64,000 bases of DNA, from positions 312,726 through 376,725 of the forward strand of contig MU004198.1 of NCBI GenBank assembly GCA_010093605.1, read 5' to 3'. Of the stretch, positions 24,214 to 34,538 are shown piece after piece. The DNA is from Lophium mytilinum. Lineage: Eukaryota. Under the pieces are notes generated by a model, which was not told the DNA's origin, searched no databases, and saw only the letters and a program-made list of their open reading frames with translations. The translations under genes were made by a program, and so were the position numbers. The stretch's first letter is position 1, and each line of letters begins with the position of its first letter.

Positions 24214-26293
24214 TCAATTTGACTGATGTTGATGACGATGGCGGAGATTTTCCTGCTCCTCAACACTGATGATATGACCCTTTCCTTCATCAGTGATACC
24301 AGTAAGCTTCGCGCCTTCGTTCAGCTTAATGTCCACCTGGTTCGTCATCTTATCATCGCAGTTCTTGGTGAAAGCCACACAGACGGTCCCAATGACACCA
24401 AAGCCGATCGAAGACAGATAGACGATGCGCAGGGCATGCGCGTACGACTGCTTCACCCCGTTCAAGCCAACCTCGATCTGTGCTGGGGTCAGTCCTGCAA
24501 GGCCAGTTTCAGGTCCCTCGCCTAACAGGGCGAAAGTGGCACCAAGTAGGCTCGCAGGAGCAACACCGGCCTTAAGCAACCCCATTACGACGTATTTTGA
24601 GACGTAAAACTTGAGGCGTCCGGTGAAGATGGCGGTGTAGATGACGGTAGCGACAGCTCCTCCGACATTGCGTGCGGTGACGCATAGGGCGGTTGCGATT
24701 CCGATGTATTCGTGCTCGACGGCCAGCTGAATCATGGCGGCGGCAACGACGAAGCCTCCACCGGTGCAGAGTCCGATCATGGCGACGAAGACGGTGGATT
24801 CGGTGCTTGAGGTGGGAGCTAGATGGCGTTAGTAAAGAAGACAAATAAGCGGGCTGGAACTTCCACTATGGAAAGTCAGAACAACAGGAAGATTGACTTA
24901 CTAACGAGAGCCATTAACCCAGCGCCAATAGTACCAACGGCGATGATGACCGTGAACATGATGCGCGCGTGTCCGATCTTTCCGAACAGGTAGCCAGTGA
25001 TGACGCTCGTGGGTATACCGGCCATACCGAGAGCACACCCATACCAGCCAACGTCGATGATGTTGTGTGTGTATAGAGCTTGAGTCTGTTGCGGCCATAG
25101 AACGGCAGTGGAGTAGTACAACATGCCGAAAAGGAATGTGCCGATGAGCACTAAAGTGACTCCTCGGATCTTGCGGAGGACGACGCCTGGGAACAGCGGT
25201 AACACCTGATTTCTGTTAGTTTTGATCATCAGCATATAAGGGAAGTAATACCTGTGGAACATAGGCTTCGTAGAATCCCAGAGCTACCAACATGAGTAGT
25301 CCGATGACAATCATAGCGATCGTTCCCCCAGATTTCCTGCCAAGAGTCAGCTTTGGAGCAATGCGTGGGCTGGAGGTTATCATACCATGCCAACTGATTG
25401 CCACCAAATGAAATCCCAAGGAGGAACAGGGTAAGTCCGACTCCCCAGAGGGCAATTCCGATCCAGTCCAAATCCATAACCTCTTGCATCCTCGTTCGTC
25501 CAGCTTCCTTGATGTATTGATTCTTGGGGCGGTAGAAGAGGAAGATAAGGAAGAATCCGATAGTGTTCAGGATAAAGGGGAACCAATAAACCCATCGCCA
25601 TCCAGCACCTTTGACGATAGCAGCTCCGATGATTGGTCCGAATGCTCCAGGAGCGATGTTGGCCAACTCGAATAGACCGAGAGTAAGGCCTCGATACTTC
25701 TTAGGAACGATTTCGCCGAGAGACGCCCAAGCCTGCTGCTGGAGTGATGTTGCGAGACCGATGAAGATACCTCCGCCGATGACAACCTCGACGCGTGTTG
25801 CAGTTGCGGAGATGACGCAACCAATCAGGCCAGAAAGGTTTCCGAGCATGATAGATTGGCGTCGACCGAAAATATCACCCAAACGGCCGACCAAGGGGCC
25901 AAATATGGCTACCGGGATGACCTGACTGTTGGCAATCCAGGTGAAGGAAGGGCTTGGTCCTACGCTTGAACATTAGATGCTGGACTTGATACCAAGAAAG
26001 TGCTTCTCCGACTAACCAATATCTTCGTTAATGGTCACCAATGCGATTGATGCCATCTGAATACAGAAGACAGCTGACATGTATCCACTTGTGAGAGCCT
26101 AAGGAAACATGATTAGTTTTTGATGTTGCGAAAGTGACAGCAAAACACTACTTACCACCATAGCCATGAAAACTCCAAACGTGAACTTGAACTGGTTTTC
26201 ATCCTCGTTGTGAGAGTCCTTGATGGCTTGCTGCTCAACAGCTCCAGCCTTCTCATGCATCTCGACATGGTCTTTCTCAGAACCCAAAGACAT
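24214..26293 (-). CDS. MFS transporter, TRI12/DHA2-like (14-TM) family
   Basis: Motif A VGRLGDIFGRR, WRWVYW, LDWIGIALW and ARNVGGAV; multiple GT-AG introns; start MSLGSEKDHVEMHEK. Confidence 0.9.
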
Positions 26294-26499
26294 ATTGGAT
26301 AAATTCACAAGTTGTGTCCAAGAATGAATGGATGGAATGTAATTGAAAGGATAGTTGTACTCCAGATGGGAGGATGGGAGACGGTATTTAATATCACTGT
26401 CATTATATCACCATTCATCCGCATCAGTGCGTACACTAATGACTAGAGTCTAGAACCTTGATCTGAATGGACGATCCTCAGGAACCATAGAGATCCATG

Positions 26500-26970
26500 C
26501 TCACTGCAATGCGGGGTACTATTGGATCCCCGGGAGCCTCGAGGACCTGGGCCGGAGACCCCAGGACGCATTCCCGGCCGCGTGGACCGCTTACCGCTCG
26601 CGGAACCGGATAGTTCACGGTCCCGGGAACAGATCTACTCGTCCCGGGAGAAGATCATCTCTGGGGTATAATTCAGTAGCCATTCGCAGCCCTCCACCAA
26701 GGCTTGGTCCCAAGAAAATGTGCATATGATTGGAGAATCAATGACTGAGCACTCGCTCCTGCTTGTGATTGGTATTTCTTGCAGGGCAACGAAGAGTCTA
26801 AAGCAATGTAGTGAGACTCTGCCAATAGGTAAGAGATTTGATTATCCCAATGTCGCAGCTTATCATACCCCATAGTACGGCGAATGGGTCGTCTGTAAGG
26901 TTGATGCGGGGCCCCGGATCGCCAATGTGGGTACTATCCACTATCAACCTTGAAGATCCGGGGCCCCGTC
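26500..26970. promoter_or_regulatory. CGG-rich upstream region of the MFS gene (candidate Zn2Cys6 and CreA-type sites)
   Basis: Dense CCCGG/CCGG/CGG triplets, TCCCGGGA twice (26621, 26642) and SYGGRG sites (gcgggg 26511 and 26906; ctgggg 26661). Confidence 0.5.
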
Positions 26971-27639
26971 GATAGAGTGGGCGAGTTAGTAGGGTTGTTC
27001 CCAGGTTTGCTTATCCTCGGCTCAGGGGTCCAGCTTAGACGATTATGACTGAAGGTATTTACCGATATTTACCAGAACTCCGTTCTGGTCTCCGAGAAAG
27101 ACGTGGCGTTTTTAGTACCGTGTAACCACACAACGTTCACGGCTTCTTTCCTGCTCGCACTATTGATTGTTGGTTGACGAAAGCATTTCAGGTTGAAGAA
27201 TTAGATGATGTTGAGAAAGGTTGAGCGTTTGGAGACTACCTGGGCAGGAGTCGTCACTGGAGTATTCTGGCGAAGGCGCTAAGATATTCTAAACTAGTCT
27301 ATTCTTGGCTTAGTTTCTGGAACATATCACCCTAAGGAGACTCATCCATTTTTGTTTTGGGCAGCTACCTTCATTTGGCAGGACATTCACAGCCTTAGCT
27401 CATCACTAAGCATATCATATACGCTAAGCCCTTAGCATTTTGCAGCGTAAAAGCGCACTGCCTCCATTCGAACATTCAGGAGGTGAAATGAGAGAATGAC
27501 CTGGCTCATTGACGACTATCCGGCGAAAGGAGCGGTATCTTCTATATGATACAGACTACAAATGTTCTGCGGTCTTGCATCTATCTAGCGAATATGAACG
27601 CGACATGTGGATACATGGTAGAGCCTCCTTACTCACTCA

Positions 27640-29330
27640 ATGGATACGTATCCCTGATATCCGGCAATTTTGCGTCCTCTGCATCAACCTTCACAACGTG
27701 TGTCTTATAGTCGCCGGACCTCTTCACACTGTAGATCGGCTCCCCACCGAAGTACCCAATTGGCTTTGCCTCTTGCCCACGCTTGACGTGCTGCGCGTCA
27801 CCGAAGTTGATGTCGCAAGAGAAGTGCCGCACGGATACTTGACGTCCAACACCCTTCCGCACCGGCTTCATGGTCGTATCATCCCAACAATACCCGTTAT
27901 GAGCGAGATTTCCGCTTTTACGACGGGCCCAGCGATAGCGGTCTTGGCCACGCAGGTTAACCGCGCAGATGATCCAAGGGGTGTTTCCGATGACTGTGGT
28001 TGCGGAGCTGCCGGCGCTGCCGGGAAAGAGGGTGCCGGTGGGAAAGGTGGTTTCAGCAAAGCTAGATGTCCCCGACAGTTTATTGTTTTTCAGACAAAGC
28101 GTGAAATTACGCTTGTGATACCAACTTAGACTGCGATCTGCTCTTTCCTGTAGGACGTGTTAGTTCCGTGTTTATAGACTCATTACATCTCCTGATGGGC
28201 TCGAGGAAAGAAGTGCGATTGAATGGTGATGACTCACATTGGTGTTTTGGCCCTCAAAAGAAGTTGGTTAGTCAGTAGTGTATCCCGTAAGGCGTTCCCT
28301 CTCGGCAGACCACCCTTCTTATTCCAACCACGATTGCGGCCGTCCCATGATTGCCAATTCGCCGTATTCGTATCACCGTTTGGTTGGCTGGCGTCGTTGA
28401 AGTATACCAGATTCGTTTGAATATCGTTCAGAAATTTGCAGCAGTTTCCTTGCGAGCTGTTTTGCCACGATTGAACAAACGTCCGCGTCACGCCTAGGGC
28501 TGCTGGTGAAATGCCAGCATAGTCATATCCTCTTTCTTCGACAGATAGGGACAACTCATCGCAATGGACCAGATCTCTGATCTCATCGTAGGGGTGTTCA
28601 AGTTGCTTCTTTAGTTTTTCGTTGGTGTCATCAGCTACAGGTGAGCATAGATTTGTATGTCCGCTACCGCAGCTCTGGCCGTCGTAGGAAGAGGTTATGA
28701 GGTTCGTACGTCATTGAATAGCGACTCGTCGGTACGCCATTTCGGCTGAGGAAGGATTAGACACTCGTGCAGATACCAGGGACGTGCCATAGTATCCAGT
28801 GCGAACGCTCGTGGACATAGTCTTGGTACTCTCTCCACATTCTGGCCGTCTATAGTTGATCAGAGGCTTATTCGAAGGTTTAAGATCGAGAAACACGTAG
28901 GACTGGCAAGCAACCACCTTCAATTTGACATTTGGAATTACAAAACTGACCCGTAGTACCGCAGAAACACCAATTACTGTATTCACGTCAATAAGAGCTC
29001 AGTCAAGGCTCCATTTTTAGATTGGGAGAGGCTATGCGCTTACCTGCAGCAGACGCTCAATGGACATCCAGGATTTCATTTCAAGGCATATTTCCCACAT
29101 TCTGCCTTGGTGTTGCAGGTGCCTTGACATCTGCACAAACACGCATTAGCATTTTGACTAAATCTCATTTAAAGCGACAGTTGCCTTCTGAGCTACAACA
29201 TCCACCTTCACAAGAAGTCAGCTTACCGCACTTGACACCTTGCCGTGTAGCTGCAATCTCGGTAATGACGGCCAGAATAAAATTCAAGAAACAATAAAAA
29301 CGCGATAGAACTCAATGCAAATCGTGGCAT
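27640..29330 (-). pseudogene. Decayed subgroup C (killer-toxin alpha-like) GH18 chitinase
   Basis: Frameshifted signal peptide; two hevein/CBM18 modules (KCGKLTSCEGGCCSSEGNC and KAECGKYA..*..CPLSVCCSNWCFCGTTGQFCNSKCQ); GH18 first-strand-like RTGYY. In-frame stops are present and no DxxDxDxE motif is visible. Confidence 0.8.
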
Positions 29331-30914
29331 TATGGAAAAGACAGGCTGCATGAATTTTTGTGATTCGGAGGCTGGAGCGCGAGAAATACTCTACGGCGAT
29401 ATCTAGTAGAAATAGGAAATTCTGAAGCTAGCAGACTGAGAGACTGGTATGGGTCAACATTGTAAGACGGAAAACCCTATAGGGAAGATCCATATCGCGC
29501 TTTAATGTACGAACAGAATTTCTCCATGCAAGCTAATCTACCGTGTCTAGATTAAGCGGTCATCCCATGTAGATGAGCAGACACACGATAATGAGCCCTT
29601 CGGGTGCTCGATCCACCACGTTAGGTAGTACAAGACTTCGGCAAACCTCTTCATCAGAAAGTACCTGCATGTCGGGGTATCGGCGGGCGGGAGATTAGTT
29701 GCCGCTGCCTCTCAGTCAGCTCTCCTTAATTACATGGTAGGATTTGAGACCTAGAGTCTCGGAATGTAGTGTTTGGTGTTGCATGGATTCCTTGTTGGTC
29801 TTGGTAGATTCCAGAGGCCCCAGAAGAGCAGCAATGCGTTGGTCTAGAATGAGAGTTTACACGAGCTGTGCTGCAGCCTTGCCGTATCAACGACCAACTT
29901 GGTCCCTCGGGAGTAAACACACCCATCCAGAATGGCAAGGGCAATGTTCGCCGCCGCAGTGCTTCGAGTGGCGGTTTTAGGGAGGTGTGGCATGGGAGAC
30001 GTTGAGGTTGGAGGAGCAGAACAGGGGACGGACAGACTCGACAAGCCGCTAAGTATTATATGGTAGAGTATCTTACGGAGCTAAGGAGCTTACCCTTTGA
30101 AGGTTGAAGTCCCACAACGTCGTTCCATCCTCCCGCAACCCACAGGGTCCCTTTCTATCTTCTCTGTATCGGAAAGATGGCCTGGTCCACAAGTTGAACT
30201 CGAAACAAGTGCAAGATGCTGTGCAACAACCGCTCCTGCAAAAGGTAGTCATGCAAGGGATAGGAAGTGAGCTCCAGTGGATGTTGCGGCGTAGATCTAA
30301 GGTTTTGCTGATCCTCGGAACCCGACGGGATGGGCCGCCGCCATCCGTTTCGGGACGGACCACAGATCTGACTGCATGCGTCAGGGGAACGCTAAAATAA
30401 CTCCAACCCTGGAGGGAGATCCCTTCAAGTAACCTCAAGGGTCATGCTGTCGTGTTTAGGCCGCTTGATCGCTGGCAAGGATGTTTTGCTCCGAACGCAT
30501 CCGATGGCTTCGATCCAATCTAATCATGCATGGCATGCCCAGGTATGACCATCTTAAATGCCATTTTCGACTTGTCTCACGAGACTTCCAGTAGCCAAGA
30601 GCACTTCCAGTGTCTAAGACTGAGTTAGGACCTGAAGACGAATACAATACCATGAAAACATGTCTAAATTATTCTTCATTCCAATACCCAGCACTAAGAA
30701 AGCATGGACTATCAAATGAGTGCTACGAGGTTACATTCGGCAAGGAGCTGACTTTCGAAGGGACCTACGACGTGGCACGAGTGGGAGGATACTATCGCTC
30801 CGCCGTGATCTGAGAATTGACGCACAGTAAATAAGCAAATACAAGGATCTGAATTGAAAGAATTTCACGGCAGTGTAGTGTACCGGATAGTGATATCTAC
30901 AGGGATAGACCAAA

Positions 30915-31085
30915 GGAGATCTACAAGGTGGAATATCTCGTAACAAAGGAAAAATAGAAACACATGTAAGGAGATCTATATACGGAGATCCAAGAAAAAG
31001 TTAGGGAAATACAAAGATCTCCATGGGTATCTGTGCAAAGATATACTGTAGAAACAATAAGGAAAAACAGAGAGGATATGCCAGA
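30915..31085. repeat. Direct repeat, copy 1 (3' flank of 31143..31655)
   Basis: The first 62 nt match 32781..32842 with 6 mismatches; weaker similarity continues to ~31085 / ~32950. Confidence 0.85.
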
Positions 31086-31142
31086 TATGCAGTACGCAGG
31101 TATACACAATATAGGATGGAGATCCCCTGTCATCCCAAGCCG

Positions 31143-31655
31143 TTAACCCTTCTCCCCATCCCAAACCCTTGGTGCACGCTTCCAGGATTCGTAACGACTC
31201 AAAGAGGAGACAGATCCGTCTATCTGTTGCTGGTCTCCACTCCAAAACCTCTTAACTACGTTATACATTTCCCAATGGTTCCATGCCAGCTGTAGCAAGT
31301 AAGGAGGCGCATGCTGTGGTAGGCCCCACTTTTTCTCCATGCAGAGCGGACAGCACTGTATCTGTGGGGAAATGGGATTTCCCGTGTTATCTTTCACCAG
31401 CTCAAATCTAACACAGTTTTCGATGTCCCAATCGGCAAATTTGGGGTGGTTGATGTCTTCATTTCCCCTATTTGGAAAGATGAGAACGAAAGGATTGCTG
31501 AGTCCACCTGATAAGACGTTTCCGAGCTTGCGTGACATCTGCATCTCGACATTCTGGGTGCACAGAAAAATCATATAGAAGGTGCCGTCGCTGTAGCATG
31601 GCTGTTGGGCGTCGTAATCGTGCCTAGGAAGAGTATATCGGATTGCCCAACACAT
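31143..31655 (-). CDS. Small Cys/His-motif protein, paralog A (170 aa)
   Basis: Intronless ORF sharing MCxxIxYxL, IFLCxxN, LIFP, FxDWxIxxC, IQCCPxCM and PYL with 32994..33554. TATA-like tataag upstream (~31845). Confidence 0.75.
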   Translation of the reverse strand: MCWAIRYTLPRHDYDAQQPCYSDGTFYMIFLCTQNVEMQMSRKLGNVLSGGLSNPFVLIFPNRGNEDINHPKFADWDIENCVRFELVKDNTGNPISPQIQCCPLCMEKKWGLPQHAPPYLLQLAWNHWEMYNVVKRFWSGDQQQIDGSVSSLSRYESWKRAPRVWDGEKG

Positions 31656-32780
31656 CTTGCGTGTTCGGATACCAGGTATCTTGATGCTTGGAAGATTCGG
31701 AAAGGAGGAGGTGCAGTAGAAGATATTGAGGCGAGCTTGTTAGACTCTTCAGTATATCGATGCCGTTATAGTTTCTGGGTATAGGAGTTTGGAATTGATG
31801 GTTGTTGTATGAAGAAAGGTTATTGGGACTTTGAAAGGCCAGTACTTATACTCCTGCTCAGACTCGATGACTCCTTAAACTAAACGCCATGAGTGATTTG
31901 TTCTTTAGGTGGTAGATTAAGAGGATTGGGGATCATAAGGGGCTATGATTGCGGGGTGGACAGTCCTGATTGACAGCGTGATATTGAAGATGGTCATGGA
32001 AGAAGCTCGCTCACGAGGTGAACACTTCACATTAACTCCATGTTTCGTCCTGGTACAATTTAAGACTATGAGTAAAAGCAAGATCGCCAGGAGGGCTACT
32101 CGCACTGACTCCTTGTTTCATCACGTTGTGGCATATGACTACGATCGAAGGCAATGTCGTTTGGTGAGCTTTGCAGCTTGAGTCCACGTTTCGTTATGAT
32201 GTGGACTGTGGAATATGACTACACAGAGTGCACGATCGCTGGGCTCAGATCGACTCGTGAACGAGGCTAACTCATAAGGAAAGAGACTTGGTGAAGCTCT
32301 GAGAGACAACACCTTTAACAAAAAGAGGACCGGACAATAAGAAATACGAAGAGCGATAGAGAGACCTAAGAAGAATTATCGGGTAAGATATGTTTCACAA
32401 TAAAGACAGTATAAAGAGTATATACGAAATATATAGATAGATATAATACGGGAAAGATGTCCTAGTTATTCAAAGTCGCTCTGCCAACTATCCTGTTAGC
32501 CCCGCGCAATTAAGCTGCTTCCGTAGGGACAAGTTATAGGTCTAACTTGTACGATGTGGTGTAAAGTATCGGCGCAGAGCTAGTACCGCGCCGATTATAG
32601 CACACGTATACAAGATCACAGCGTCACTATTTACAGTATAGGATGTAGAGGTGAAACGTATTTATTCGAGGCTTTGGCTGGTGTATCATATTTGTGTGAG
32701 CGTTATAGGAGAACAGGGGGAGGATGGGGGTTCACATTTCTATTTCCAAGAGAGGGTCGAAATGATGGGATGTCTATTAG

Positions 32781-32950
32781 GGAGATCTACAAAGTAGAAC
32801 ATATCGTAACAAAGGAAAGATAGAAACACATGCAAGGAGATCATCTACACACAGATACCCAAGGAGAAAGGGAAAAAACATATACATGCAAAGAGATTTG
32901 TGCAAGGGTATAAAGTAAAACAATTAGGAAAAACAGAGAGCCTATACCAA
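32781..32950. repeat. Direct repeat, copy 2 (3' flank of 32994..33554)
   Basis: See copy 1; offset 1866 bp. Confidence 0.85.
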
Positions 32951-32993
32951 GCCATCTGTGAGGAAGACACCAGATCCGATATCACGACCTGTT

Positions 32994-33554
32994 CTAACAT
33001 CCAGTTCGAACCTCATCCTGCCAACGTTGTACCGGTTCCCAGTTCTCCGCGTCCGCCAACAAGGCCGCGACCGCCCCTCTCGCCGCTCCCATGTTCTTCA
33101 AATTCAATCCCGCAAACAACCAATCCACATACTCCTCCGTTCCTAATACCTTGAAAAGATACGGCACGGAAGATCCTGTCTCAACCCCAAACATGCAATT
33201 CGGGCAGCATTGAATTACATAGTCATTGATTTCGGGACTCCGTGGAACGTTGTCCTGCGGCTTCCAGTTGGGACAATCGGTGATACGCCAATCGGGGAAA
33301 GGAGTGGTGCTGTGCTTCTCCCAAGGGCGTGGAAAGATGAGAGCGCGGGGAAAGTAATCGCCATTCGATATCTTTACGGACGCGTCGAAGAGTTTCCCGT
33401 CCGGCCTATCCGAGGTGCCTTTGGCCCATTCAGGGTTAGAACCGCAGAGGAAGATTAAGGTCCAGTGAGTGGCGGAGTGAACCAGGTGAATTTCCTTGCA
33501 CTCGCTGCGGGGGTCGTTGGGGTCGTGGAGTTGGTACTGGATTGTTTTGCACAT
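32994..33554 (-). CDS. Small Cys/His-motif protein, paralog B (186 aa)
   Basis: Same motifs as paralog A; matching upstream element tacttatactc...tgactc at ~33796. Confidence 0.75.
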   Translation of the reverse strand: MCKTIQYQLHDPNDPRSECKEIHLVHSATHWTLIFLCGSNPEWAKGTSDRPDGKLFDASVKISNGDYFPRALIFPRPWEKHSTTPFPDWRITDCPNWKPQDNVPRSPEINDYVIQCCPNCMFGVETGSSVPYLFKVLGTEEYVDWLFAGLNLKNMGAARGAVAALLADAENWEPVQRWQDEVRTGC

Positions 33555-34007
33555 GTTGCAGGATTGAGCAAAGAGGTCCTTGGTGGTTGTGGACAGGAGG
33601 AGATGGCGTCGAAGATATTCGGCGAAGCTATTGCTAGTACGGCTGGATCGAGACGCTGTAGGGCGCTCTGAAGTGCTGATACTGGAGACAGATTGAAATT
33701 TCCGTGCAGAGAAGAGTCGAGAGCTGATTTATGCCTCAGATTCGTGAAGTTGGAGTTTGCTGTGAGAAGAGAAACATTGGTGATGGAAATACGAATACTT
33801 ATACTCTTCTTGAGATGCGGTGACTCTTCAATGGCATTGCTTTGATCAATTGCTCAGAGCGATTGCAGGTTTCATAGTGACAACAGAAACGACGATGCTC
33901 CAAAGCTCGATCGCTAGATGATCAGGTATAACAGATAAAATGCCTCATCATGTGATTGTATGGAAACGCAAGACCTTTGAATGAACTGTGGGGTAGAGTC
34001 ATCGTTT

Positions 34008-34477
34008 CAGGTCCGGGCACGCGGATTCACCACCATCTACCTTGAATCTTGCTTGCTCGACACCACTGTGAGGGGGGTATCCTGACTGCTCAGCAGGTAG
34101 ACAGTTAAATGGCAATCTAATTTGTACTGTTCAAATGTTGAAATCTAATATACCTTTGATACTCGACGTGTCAAGTCTGGGCACGCGGAATCATCACTAT
34201 TTACCTCGAATTTTGCTCGCTCGACGCCACTGTTTGGGGTGTCCTGGCAACTTAGCAGGTAGGCAGTTGAAGGGCAGTCTAATATGCACTGTTTGAAAGC
34301 TGAAATCGAATATGCCTTTGACACTCTACGTTCCAAGTCCGGGCATGCGGAATCATCAGCATCTACCTTGGGTCTTGCTCGCTCGACGCCACTGTGAGGG
34401 GTGTCCTGGCTACTCAGTAGGTAGGCAGCCAAAAGACAGTCCAATTTGCACTGTTTGAAAGTCGCAATCTCATATGT
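34008..34477. repeat. Three tandem diverged copies of a ~162-bp unit
   Basis: Unit starts gtc(c/t)gggca(c/t)gcgga at ~34012, ~34175 and ~34337; gctcgacrccactgt and caggtagrcag recur in each copy. Confidence 0.9.
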
Positions 34478-34538
34478 CTGTAGCACTATTTTACATCTTT
34501 GTACACGTTTCTTACTTTACAGCTCAGCACCGCAGCCC

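Noticed and set aside
34008..34477. CRISPR-like array
   Set aside because: Whole units are homologous with no unique spacers, the context is eukaryotic and no cas genes are present.
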